From NCBI GenBank assembly GCA_002269645.1, contig NIVC01000619.1, positions 144,601-208,600 on the forward strand: a DNA stretch of 64,000 bases, in the 5' to 3' direction. Under the pieces are notes generated by a model. That model searched no databases. It was given only the letters and a program-made list of their open reading frames with translations, and was not told the DNA's origin. The DNA is from Macrostomum lignano (Eukaryota). The translations under genes and the position numbers were made by a program. The stretch's first letter is position 1. Every line of letters starts with the position of its first letter. This document shows positions 41,408 through 53,525 of this stretch, one piece after another.

Positions 41408-43879
41408 ATAAGCCACATCGCACATCGAAGTCGCTTCATGAATCGGAAGATTAAGACAAGTCACAGCTGACGGACTTTAAACATTGATTTGAAACCGCCC
41501 AATTCTGAATGGTAAACGTAAAATTAACACAAGCCCTTATTCGCTTATCAGTTTTACCAAATATAACAACAAGCAGTATCTAATTTGGCACCCAATGCAA
41601 TTATAATATTTGTATTGCTGAGCTTTGTGAATTTATTTATGCGAAGGACTTGTAGATACATCTACATGCATATAATGATATTTTTCATGAAACTCGGCGA
41701 AACTGTGCTGGTTAAATATTATAGCTTAGAACTCTTGATTAATGTATTCCTTTCTGCCGAATTTTTAATTTAGGATAAGTTCACGAAATAATAGGCGAAC
41801 GACATTTTTTAAATGGTCATTTTCTTTTTTGGGGCGATTTGTAACTCGTCACCAATATGTGACTAAATATGGTATGCTGTAACTAACTTCAGAGTTGACA
41901 GAATGTTCTCTTGTTCTGCGGCTTGGTTAATCATTACCTACCAAATTTGCTAGCCGATTTATGAAACCTTCGATGTATGAAGCCATCATGGAATAGGGTT
42001 CGTTTCATAAGAAAATTTTAAGTGACAAGTGAATATTTGATGAGTGGCTGCTGTCGTTATATCATGCAAGAACCCTTTCTGCAGAACTAATGTATCTTTT
42101 TATGTCTTTGGCTGGAATGACCTTTCTGTTAATTCGACGCAAAAGTAATTAGAGCTCACTTAAAAAAAGTAAATAAAATAGGAAGAGCTGAAGAGCTCTA
42201 AAGTACGTAGTGCGCACATTGCAAAAAAAATGAAGTCAGAACTTTTTGAAGCAATATTGTCTAACAACTTTGCAAGCCTAGAAGCCAGCTTTGTATCTAA
42301 TCCATGTATTGCCAATCGCATCGACACACACTTGCCTGCACCTCGCAGCAAGTACATTGAAGATCCTTGAACCCAACTTATAACAGTCGCGTTGCAAGAC
42401 GAACTCTGCATCCAGTTCACCTGCACGATCATCAGTGGATTCCAATAAAGTAGCGGGTCCTCCCAAAACAGTTAGGGTTGTTTTACGAAGACGGCTGGTC
42501 TGCCGGATAGTGCGGCGCAAGTCGTCGGCCAGACAAATCGACGGACTGAGGGAGCAGTAGGTATCGAGAAACTGGAAGCTTCTAGCAACCTGCCATGCGG
42601 TCTAGATAGATTCGAGGTGGCAGTAGCCTTCTACAACTGGGACTCAGTTGGAAAAGCACAAGTAACGCTAATGCGACTTTCATTAAAGTGTAATGACTAA
42701 TGATTAATTTGTGGCTGAGGTAGAGGCTTTCTCATTCTTAGTCGCAACAGATTATGAATAACGCTTCTAAGCTTGACGGCCTTGCGAAAATTAAGGTTGG
42801 AGTTTTCAAATACGGCTCAGTGAGAACAAAAAATCGGAATAAGAATACAAGACTTAAGAACTTTCAGTGTGGTTCGATGCGCGACAAATTTCCTGTCTAG
42901 TGATGGAAGAAACTTGCCGAGATTTTGGGAAGCTGTACCACTTCCAGAAAGTGTGCCGGTCACAGAGCGGCCGTTTAAAGCCAAGAAGGCGCCAATCATC
43001 ATTAAATTTCTCGAATTCCACTAGAAGCCCAAGTGCAAGTTGAGAACCGGCCAACGGGACGTTCCTCATTGGCACTATAGAAAGCACTTCACCTATAAAC
43101 TTCACGTTGAACTTCGTCTATAAGGAGAAAACTAAAGCATTTGAGTGCCAGGTCGACACAGGTGAAGCTGTGTCAGCCACGTCAAATTGCTCATGGCTTG
43201 AGATCGGATGTCAAAAATTGCAACAGAATGAGACCAAGCAGCTGAGCTATGTTGACTCGCATTCATTTCAAAACCTAGAACGATTCAATGGCACTGTGTC
43301 TCATGAGGACTGCCATTTTATACTCGTAATTGTACAATCGCTCATTACGATTTCCTAAGCTTATTTCAAATTGTGAAATTCGGTGAAAGGAAAAAAATGA
43401 CCAATAAGTACTCAACCAGTTTCTTCGCATTAACACGTTCCCTGTGACGATTAACCGGCAGACTCGAAATTAACTGACATAGACAAATACAGCATAGGCG
43501 AATTTTTTAGCGGTAGCACTTGATGATAGTAGCGAATGATGCGGGCGGTGGCTGCAGTTCTCATTTATTGTAACCGTATAAGTGGATAGTTAGGGCTCGT
43601 TATTATCAATTCCGTCTGGGTAGTTAATAGAGATGGGCCGGAGTATTTGCTGAATCCGTAAGGAGTGCACTGGGCGGCTACACAACAAGATAGATGATAG
43701 ATGATTTTTTATTTTTCTATTAGAGGCAGGGGGGTTGTGTGCACCCTGGCGCACTTTAAGCGTCATAGGCACACAACCGGCGAGAGGCATTACTGCCCAT
43801 TCCGCCGACTCCCCTGAGCAGGCATACAAGCGCGCGGATACGTACGCAGGCACACACTCACACAGGAGTGTACAGCGGC

Positions 43880-44067
43880 CCTAACTTTATATTATCGTTA
43901 GGCATGTACACTTCACTGCGCCTTGGGGGTTGGCTCTCAAGGCCGTTAATTGCACGAGCAGAGCCAAGCCGAGATTCCAATTCAGCCCCAAATTAATGTG
44001 GCTTCACTTGGAATCGAGCCTGGGTCGCTGGCACACTAGAGCAGCTGCGCTACCGCTGGGCTACGGC
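43880..44067 (-). mobile_element. tRNA-derived SINE
   Basis: Head 44067-43999 has A box TAGCCCAGCGG and B box GGCTCGATTCC, but no complete cloverleaf. Confidence 0.5.
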
Positions 44068-44976
44068 CCCCCTGATGATAGATGATAGAGCGAGTCGATG
44101 AGCCTGAGGCAAAGGCGACGATGTGATAACAGTGATCGTGTGGTTGCGGTGCTCGTAGCGAGAACCCTTTATAGACGGTAGTGGTGGCCTGGTCGAGAAT
44201 TGACGGTGGCGGTGGCGTGACTGAGACTTGGCAGAGGCGTGCTTTAGAACTGTGGCGGAGCGAGGCGGAGAGAGAAGACGGGTAAACAAGCAACGAGGGC
44301 TGTGAAAAACAAGGGTCGCAAAACAAGGGGCTACCCCGGGCGCCCCAGCCAGACAGGACTGATAAAGAGCGGGCTGGGGGTGGGTGCGCGGGGAGAGCTT
44401 AATTTCCGGCTAGCATAATTTATGCGCGGCTTTTCTATTGGCCGGCGAGAAAAACCAACTTGAAAACAGAAATTATCGATCGCATTGTACATAGGCTTTA
44501 CAAACGCACGCATTTTTGTTTAAAATTCTTTGGGCATTACTTTAAGCAGACGTTAGAGTACGAGACCATTAAATAACCAATATTATAGATTGGCACTGCT
44601 CTCGCTAAAACAGCCCTTGTCGGGGCTACCTCAACTGACAACGTCACATTCCCCAATGCTAAAAAGTTTTTGCTAAATTTCATACGACAAATGTTTATCG
44701 GCATCAAGATGCATCTACAACGTCTCCACATGACGACTCACAAATTAAAAAAAATACAATGCCAAACAACACAGGCATTATAGTTGCATTGGGTGTCTAA
44801 TTAATTCTTTCTGGTTGTTATATTTGGTAAAACTGATCAGTGAATAAGTATTGCGTAGATTTCACGTTTTCCATTCAGAATTGGGCGGTTCCGAGTCAAT
44901 TTGCAAAGTCCGGTCAGCTGTGAGTTGTCTTAATCTTCCGATCGATGATGCGACTTCGATGTGCGATGTGGCTCAT

Positions 44977-45159
44977 CTAACCATGAAAATGAACGTGGAA
45001 GCCCTTCTTCCTCAGCTTCGGGAACTGCTCCTCCGACAGCTTGGAATCGTCCGAGTCGGACGGATCCTCCTTCGACTCGCTTTCGGCCTTGGCCTCCGAG
45101 GGCTCGACAACGACCAGGGCTGCGAAAAGCAGAAGTCCGAGAACCAGTTGCCACTTCAT
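44977..45159 (-). CDS. P10: His-rich prepropeptide (GFHVHFH-G)
   Basis: Intact 60-aa ORF. Confidence 0.9.
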   Translation of the reverse strand: MKWQLVLGLLLFAALVVVEPSEAKAESESKEDPSDSDDSKLSEEQFPKLRKKGFHVHFHG

Positions 45160-46509
45160 GATTGCTTGAGTCGAGTCGATTCTTAGAGTTGTGTGTAGAT
45201 TGAGTCGAGTCTGAGCTTGTTGTCTTGAGCAGTCGGCAGCTGCAAATTTATATGCATCGGATCGGCACGTGTTTCCGGTCCGTCGAGTGGTGTTGTTTGA
45301 GCTGAATGCTTTCGCGTGAGCAGAGAAAGGCGTTGCTTTAACCGAATATCATGTAGCGTTTGTTTGCTTGTTGACACCCGAACAGTCAAACAAGTACCGC
45401 TCAAGCATTTTCTTAGAGCAGGACACTGCAGGTATTCTCGTATTCGTTTCACTAAATATGCATGAGACTTTTTATGCGGAAAAACTGTCGTACTTCATCT
45501 AGGAGAAGAATCCCGGTAGAGACAGTGCATGTAAAAAGAAGAAAGAGAACAATATTCGCAAGATTAAGGAGTAAAAGCGTTGTATGTTGAGGGGGTTGTT
45601 AACTTAAATGTTTCACTCCCCCTCTTCTTATGCATATTCTTCTTTTTGAGTCTTGAAGTTTCTTCTTCTTGAGTTTTTAAGTTTCTTCTGCCTGTTAGGC
45701 TCCATTAATTGGTGAAATAAGACCGTTTGCATCTAATGACCCGATCAGCACAGTGATTAGAACTGTGATGACCGGAAACACAATTTTTAGGTAGTTTAGC
45801 GATTCCTAGTTTTATTTAATCGGAATGAGGCGAAGCATACTTTTGTGACTATGTACTTTTTTTCTTGAATGGATTATAATATTTTTTTGACTTGAATGTC
45901 TTTTGCCTGGGACTTTTCAAATGCTAGTGCTTAAGTGGTAGCTTTTTTAAGTGGGCACCTTTGTTGTGTCATGATATTACGATATATCACATGGTAAAGA
46001 TATAAGTTTTAATCAATTTAACAAGTTTTCATACTAGGCAAGTGCCGTATAAGTCCGTCTTTCAGCAACTCACTCAATTAGTTTACTCAGTACATGTTCG
46101 AAACTGTTTAGCACAAATTTGTTCAATCTCATTTAACTGGAAAGCCCAGAAGAGTCGCGATGAGTTTAAAATTTTTAGAAAGGGTGAAAAATGCTGTCGA
46201 AATAAACACGGCGGTAGCAAGTCGGCAGTTGTCGATTTGCACGTTGGTAGATTAAACGAGCCGAAGTCAGAATATAAGCTTGCGAATGGCATGCTTCCAC
46301 GCATTTCCAGCCTGTGTGTGGATTCTCGTCATTTTATGCTTTGTTCGATCAAACCAAATTGGCTACTGAAATCTAAGCAGTTCGAAATCTAACCAGAAAA
46401 GTTAGAAACTACTATTAGAAACTGCAGAAATCGACACTCAGTGATCGAAACAACAATCTGTAAATATTCCCATGTCGTGGAATTTATTCTCCACTGCTGA
46501 CAAATTCAG

Positions 46510-46572
46510 ATGTCGGAGGAGCAGTTCCCGAAGCTGAGGAAGAAGGGCTTCCACGTTCATTTTCATGGTTAG
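46510..46572 (+). pseudogene. P11: 5'-deleted copy (MSEEQFPKLRKKGFHVHFHG*); promoter and signal peptide lost
   Basis: The upstream module is joined directly to AGATGTCGGAGGAG; the 3' flank matches P12. Confidence 0.85.
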
Positions 46573-46620
46573 ATGAGCCACATCGCACATCGAAATCGCT
46601 TCATCGATCGGAAGATTAAG

Positions 46621-47461
46621 TGTGACGTTGCCAGTTTAAGGTGGTCCCAAAAAGGGCCGTCGGACTGCTGTTTCTCTATAGTTTCAACCCTTCAGTTTCA
46701 CCGTTTCAACTAAACTTTTCCATTTGTTTATTGCGACGTTTACTTGTAGTAGTGCCCAACGATTTTGTGGCAATTTCTAATTCACTGTATATTTTGCTAT
46801 CCTCTCTCGCGACCGTATAAAATTGGCACGATCGATAATTTTAAGTTCTCTCGCCAGCCAATGAAAACCACTCGTGCTTCGCGCTACCCCCCTCTGCGCT
46901 CCTTTATTAAACCCCCGCCTGGCGGCGGGCACTCCTCACTTTTTCTGTGCTTGTCTGTTCCTCCCTGTCTGTCCTTGGCCTTGTGTGTGTTTTCGCGTTC
47001 TTGTCTGGCTGCCTCGAGCCTCCTTATTTCTCGCCACGGCCCCTCTGTCTGGGCCAGCCTCACTCGCTCACTTGACTGTCTCACGCCACGGCCGACGCCA
47101 ATCTCGCCACTGCGACTCACTGCCTTCACTGTGCTCATTGCCATTGCTCACCGTTACGTCGCCATTGCATCATTCGCCTGTCACTTGACTTCATATCCAA
47201 ATTATATTCAACCCATTGTTGCAGCCGCCAGTGCCCAGAAAGCTCTAGTTTGTGTATTGCCAGTAACAACTAAACTTAATATTGATATTAACAATAAAGA
47301 CAACTACGGCAGTTCCTGCCTTTATCGCCAAGTGCTCCGCTACAAAATCCGCTTTACAAGAGTTGACTTCGACTTATTTTGAGACTACGACTTACTGCAA
47401 CGCTTGTTAAAACGGCCCTTTTAAGGGTCACAGCCATAGCCGCTACGCCAATAACGTGACA
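46621..47461. mobile_element. 841-bp insertion with TG...CA ends and a 4-bp TSD (solo LTR-like)
   Basis: TAAG|TGTGACGTT...AACGTGACA|TAAG; removing it restores GAAGATTAAGACAAGTCAC as seen at ~50286. Confidence 0.8.
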
Positions 47462-47774
47462 TAAGACAAGTCACAGCTGACCGGACTTAAAACTCTGACT
47501 CGGAACTGCCCAATTATAAACGACAAACGTAATATTTGCCCGTATTTGCTGATTAATTTTAAGAAATATAACAACCAGAACAGTATATTAGCTACCCAAT
47601 GAAGCTATAATCTTTGTGTTTTTGAGCTTTGCTAATTTCTTCGAGTTGCGATTCATTTGGAGATTTTTTATACAAATTTACTTACGGATAACGTTTGGTC
47701 GCTTTCATGAGATATTGTGCATCAAATTCCATTTATCGAAGCTCACTGGACTCTGCAATCTAACAGATAGATGC

Positions 47775-47830
<56 letters not shown>

Positions 47831-48225
47831 TAGATAGCGAGAAAGAGCGAGCGAAGCGAGCTCTTTCGAGCTTGCTTGCCGCAGCCAATCAAGCTGAAAG
47901 CACGCACACACGATTAAGGCAGCTGGAAAGCCAATGGGCGCGGTAAGCGCTTTTATCCAGAGGAACTACCTGCTGGAACCAGCCATGCCGAACGAAAATC
48001 AGACTACTCAAGTAGTGCAAAAGAGTGCGAGCAACTACCGAGAAATCTAATTTTCGTAACCGCTCCGGTGCAGGTCCTGGCAATAGATGGTAGATAGCGA
48101 GAAAGAGCGAGCGAAGCGAGATAGAGATAGATAGATAGATAGATAGATAGATATGCAAAAGGCAGTTTTAAACTGCAAACCACACACACGGAAATATTGA
48201 AGAACGTTATTTGTCGAATATTCAG

Positions 48226-48266
48226 AAACCGATATTTCGGCCAGAACCTGGCCTTCATCAGGGTTT
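48226..48266 (-). ncRNA. Minimal type I hammerhead ribozyme motif (Penelope-like)
   Basis: AAACC CUGAUGA A GGCCAG GUU CUGGCC GAA AUAUC|GGUUU: core, 6-bp stem II, 5-bp stem I, palindromic AUAU helix III. Confidence 0.75.
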
Positions 48267-48759
48267 ATACTTGAGGTATAAAAACGATTATTTTGGCAGT
48301 GAAGTTATTTAATCAGAAATTTAATATTTATATATAGGAGCTTTGGAGGGGTGCGTTGAGCAGCGTTGTGTAACGATGTGTACGTATAAAAGGTAAATTG
48401 AAGCACGCTGATTGGTCAAAGTTTTGCGGCTAAAGCCTTGCACAAAAATAAAGAAGTTAGGTGCTATAGAAAAACAGATTTAAAGCATTCAAGTGTATGA
48501 CTAAGTATCTTGAAAAGTTCAACAAATAAGTTAATTACGCCGTAGAAAAAAAACAAATACTAAATTAACACAGAGCACTGAAAACTATGCATAAATAAGT
48601 GTAAATACTTAGATGTAAATATTGAATACATATACAGTAATTAGATTGGGTAGCCAGTCAGGCCACGCGAGACGCAGTTGGCGGCGTCTGGTCACAGACC
48701 GCCGCAGCCCAGTCCCTGGACACAGGCGGTTTGGTCAATGCCGATTGGTTGTACATTGA

Positions 48760-48798
48760 TAGTAGAATAGTAGTAGAAGTAGTAGTACGCTCGTAGTA

Positions 48799-48829
<31 letters not shown>

Positions 48830-49105
48830 AGTAGTATTAGTCGTAGTCGTAGTAGAGCCGTACTGGTAGCAGTAATTTGAAGTAGCCAGTCAGGCCACGA
48901 GGATCGCAGTTGGCGGCGTCTGGTCACAGACCGCCGCCTGCACAGCCCCTGGTCACAGGCGACTGGGCACTGCCGATCAGTTGAAGCTAGATTGTCAGTA
49001 GTAGTAGCACTAGTAGTTGCAGTAGTAGTAGTAGTAGTTGTAGTAGTAGTAGTAGTAGTTGTAGTAGTAGTAGTCGTAATCGTAGTCGTAGTCGTAGTAG
49101 TGTCG
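48760..49105. repeat. Interrupted (GTA)n tracts
   Basis: Direct reading. Confidence 0.85.
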
Positions 49106-49310
49106 TACATCTAATATTTGCAGCTGCAGAAATAGTACTCTTGCTTATCCCGAGTAGATTTTTAGCGGAGAATATACGTAGATTTTTTGTTGACAAACAT
49201 GGCGAGCCTCAATAATCCGGTCCTAGGTAATAGCTATGCAAAAGGCAGTTTCAACCTGCATAAAAAACACACACGGAAATATTGAAGAACGTTATTTGTC
49301 TAATATTCAG

Positions 49311-49351
49311 AAACCGATATTTCGGCCAGAACCTGGCCTTCGTCAGGGTTT
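49311..49351 (-). ncRNA. Second minimal type I hammerhead ribozyme motif
   Basis: Identical to 48226-48266 except CUGACGA (variable position 7). Confidence 0.75.
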
Positions 49352-49541
49352 GTATTTGAGGTATAAAAACGATTATTTTGGCAGTGAAGTTATTTAATCA
49401 GAAATTATTAGAGCATCGGAAAATATATTGATGCTGCACTTTATTGTATTTTGCCAATCTACGCGTAACTCAACATGCAGTCTCTGAACTCCAGCGTATC
49501 TTGACATTTTATCCGTTAAAAAACCTTACCGCGCCTTCGGC

Positions 49542-49682
49542 AGTTTGAGACTGCGGAGAGACAGTTTGTGACTGCGGAGAGACAGTTTGAGACAGCGGAG
49601 AGACAGTTTGAGACAGCGGAGAGACAGTTTGAGACAGCGGAGAGAGACAGTTTGTGACTGCGGACAGACAGTTTGAGACAGA
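49542..49682. repeat. 21-bp minisatellite (an inverted relative lies at ~5905-5945)
   Basis: Unit GAGACAGTTTGAGACAGCGGA. Confidence 0.85.
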
Positions 49683-50063
49683 TTCTAAAAATCCTAGTTT
49701 CAAACATTTATTCTGCACATTTAAAAGATGGTGTCATTTGGCTTTACTCTACAACTGCTCAAATAGAGTTCCGTGTTGTGTAGTGCAGCGCGATTAGTGG
49801 GATTTATTTGCACTGAGAAAACGTTGGGCGGTACTTGTTTCATTGCTCGGGTGTCAAGAAGCAAATAAACGCTACATGATATTCGAGTAAAGCAACGCCT
49901 GTCTCTGCTCACGCGAAGCAACTCAAACAACGCCGCTCCTCAGACCGGAAACACGTGCCGATCCGATGCGCATAAATTCGCAGCTGCCGACTGCTCAACA
50001 CAACAAGCTCAGACTCGACTCAATCTACACACAGCTCGAAGAATCAACGCGACTCAAGCAATC

Positions 50064-50246
50064 ATGAAGTGGCAACTGGTTCTCGGACTTCTGGTGCTCG
50101 CAGCCCTGGTCGTTGTCGAGCCCTCGGAGGCCAAGGCCGAAAGTGAGTCAAAGGAAGATCCGTCCGACTCGGACGATTCCAAGATGTCGGAGGAGCAGTT
50201 CCCGAAGCTGAGGAAGAAGGGCTTCCACGTTCATTTTCATGGTTAG
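50064..50246 (+). CDS. P12: His-rich prepropeptide (GFHVHFH-G)
   Basis: Intact 60-aa ORF, KM spacer variant. Confidence 0.9.
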   Translation: MKWQLVLGLLVLAALVVVEPSEAKAESESKEDPSDSDDSKMSEEQFPKLRKKGFHVHFHG

Positions 50247-50593
50247 ATGAGCCACATCGCACATCGAAATCGCTTCATCGATCGGAAGATTAAGACAAGT
50301 CACAGCTGACCGGACTTAAAACTCTGACTCGGAACTGCCCAATTCTAAACGATAAACTTAATATTTGCCCGTATTTGCTGATTAATTTTAAGAAATATAA
50401 CAACCAGAACAGTATATTAGCTACCCAATGAAGCTATAATCTTTGTGTTTTTGAGCTTTGCTAATTTCTTCGAGTTGCGATTCATTTGGAGATTTTTTAT
50501 ACAAATTTACTTACGGATAACGTTTGGTCGCTTTCATGAGATATTGTGCATCAAATTCCATTTATCGAAGCTCACTGGACTCTGAAATCTAAC

Positions 50594-51245
<652 letters not shown>

Positions 51246-51329
51246 ATTGCCGGGGGCAGATTATTCGCTGTTTAGTTTTACCAAATGTAACAACAATTGC
51301 AATTTAATTAGGCACCCAATACAACTAGT

Positions 51330-51700
51330 CTCAGCCATTTGATCGACTTCCTCGCAGGCCTCAATCGGACGCTTATTCGTGAGTTCCTGCAGGTGCAGAT
51401 CAAGGGTAGCTTTATAGGCTTCCAATCAGTGTTGCGGACGTTACGCCTCCAAGTACTCAAGGACTGGAGCTTAGTGTCGATGGAGCAGAGGTCAGACAGG
51501 GGGTTCCTTCAATTAGACCTCCTCCAGTTCCATATTCCAGCCATTGGTGCAGCTAGGGCCACAAATTCAAGTCAGAGTAAGCCAGAACTAACCGTTTCGC
51601 ATCCAGGGTTCATGGATCAAGATAAGGACTGGCCTGGACAAATGACCATCTTCATCAAATTTACTGACGCAAGTGCACAACCCCTTACGGCTTATTTGGC
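51330..51700 (-). mobile_element. Degenerate APE-type LINE remnant
   Basis: RPVLILIHEPWMRNG resembles the endonuclease N-terminus; homologous to ~28100-28230. Confidence 0.35.
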
Positions 51701-52152
51701 CACATGTCGGTGACAGTTACGAATCGCCCAAGAAATCATAATTGAACAGCGAAGTTAAAATTAGCTATTGAATATTTATAAAATCTTCCTTTAAGTTGGT
51801 TAGGTATCTTCGATTATAAACTTCGATGAAATTGAAAGAAAAAGCCATAATTTTGGAACACATCTTATCGAATCCACAAGTTTTCGTTGAATTTTATGCA
51901 CGACATCATTATCCGCAAGTCCATAAATCTATGCAAGTCCTATTAAAAAAGAAATTCACAAAGCTCATTGCTTTATTGCTTTATTGCTGGTTGTTATATT
52001 TGGTAAAACTGATCAGAGTATAAGGACTGATCAGATTTCACGTATACCATTCAGAATTGGACAGTTCCTAGTCAAAGTTCAAAGTCCAGCCAGCTGTGAG
52101 TTGCCTTAATCTTCCGATTCATGAAGCGACTTTGATGTGCGGTATGGCTCAT

Positions 52153-52335
52153 CTAACCATGAAAATGAACGTGGAAGCCCTTCTTCCTCAGCTTCGGGAA
52201 CTGCTCCTCCGACAGCTTGGAATCGTCCGAGTCGGACGGATCCTCCTTCGACTCACTTTCGGCTTTGGCCTCCGAGGGCTCGACAACGACCAGGGCTGCG
52301 AGCACAAGAAGTCCGAGAACCAGTTGCCACTTCAT
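52153..52335 (-). CDS. P13: His-rich prepropeptide (GFHVHFH-G)
   Basis: Intact 60-aa ORF. Confidence 0.9.
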   Translation of the reverse strand: MKWQLVLGLLVLAALVVVEPSEAKAESESKEDPSDSDDSKLSEEQFPKLRKKGFHVHFHG

Positions 52336-53525
52336 GCTTGCTTGAGTCGAGTCGCGTTGCTTTGATTCTTCGAGCTGTGTGTAGATTGAGTCGAGTCTGA
52401 GCTTGTGTTGAGCATTCGGCTTCAGCGAATTTATGCGCATCGGATCGGCACGTGTTTCCGGTCCGTCTAGCGACGCTGTTGGAGTTGAAGGCTTACACGT
52501 GAGCAGAGAAAGGCGTTGCTTTAAGCGAATATCATGTAGCGTTTATTTGCTTGTTGACACCCGAGCAATCAAACGAGTACCGCTCTAGCTTTTTTTCAGT
52601 GCTAATGGATCATACATCGACACCGCCCTGCACTGCACTGCACTGCACGCTCTTTTTTCAGACTCTAAATCAGTTGGATAGTGACTACTTATCGACTGTG
52701 GAGGCAAAAAGTGCGAAATCGGGACATTTGAGATATATCGAGATATAACGAGATTTTTGTTTGGGCCACTTCATGTCGGTTTCTGAACTTTCGATTCTAG
52801 TTCTCAACTTGTCAGATGCTATTTAGAACTCCTTATATTTAATTCTTCATCCTTACTGAAGCGGATTATGAGAGCTGATTTCGACTAATCGAACAAAGCA
52901 GAAAATGGGGAAGAATTAGTCACATGCATGGCAGCGAGCCATTTGTCTGCATATACTCTGAACTGACCTTCTTTCGTTCCATCTACCGAGGGCAGAGCGA
53001 CAACTGCCGACTTACTACGGCTGTGTTTTCTTCAAGATCAATCTGTCTGAATGAATACTATTAAATCATTGCAACGCCATCAGGTTCTCATTGAAGACTT
53101 CTTTGAATGAGGTCGACAAGATTTGTAATAAACAGTTCAGAACCCGCCGTAGTGAGTAAAGTAGTTGAAGTGCTGTGAGTTTGACATAATCTGGAGTTGC
53201 CTGATTTACCAAACCTCATTGCTGATTAAATCGGTCTCAGTTTTCTTTGAACGATCTCGCTAAGATGGCAAGGGACTTAATAAATTTTACTTCTGTCAAA
53301 ACAATTGATAGAAGATATAATACTCTTGATTAGCGGGCAGAAATCCCGAGAAATCTCCGAAGAAGCTCGCAAGTTTAGGGTTACGATTGTGTTGTTAAAA
53401 GGCTAGCGGGCAAATAAAACCACTCAAAAGCGTACGGCACGAAAACCCTGCTAAAAGTATGACGATTTTTGCCTCAGTAGCCACGAGTTTCCATAGACAT
53501 GGAACTAATATAAGTAATATTCAAC

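Larger units (their letters stand above)
48150..49410 (-). mobile_element. Non-autonomous Penelope-like or retrozyme-like unit: two ~175-bp direct repeats (48150-48325, 49240-49410), each with a hammerhead motif
   Basis: Direct repeat with 1085-bp offset; the interior holds duplicated GC-rich hairpins and (GTA)n. Confidence 0.55.

Noticed and set aside
42380-42620. Penelope GIY-YIG remnant (IQFTC...VGQTNRR)
   Set aside because: Only two short motif-like words in different frames; too weak to call
43999-44067. tRNA gene (also 7402-7470 and ~2540-2586)
   Set aside because: A/B boxes are present but the acceptor stem and cloverleaf are not; treated as SINE heads
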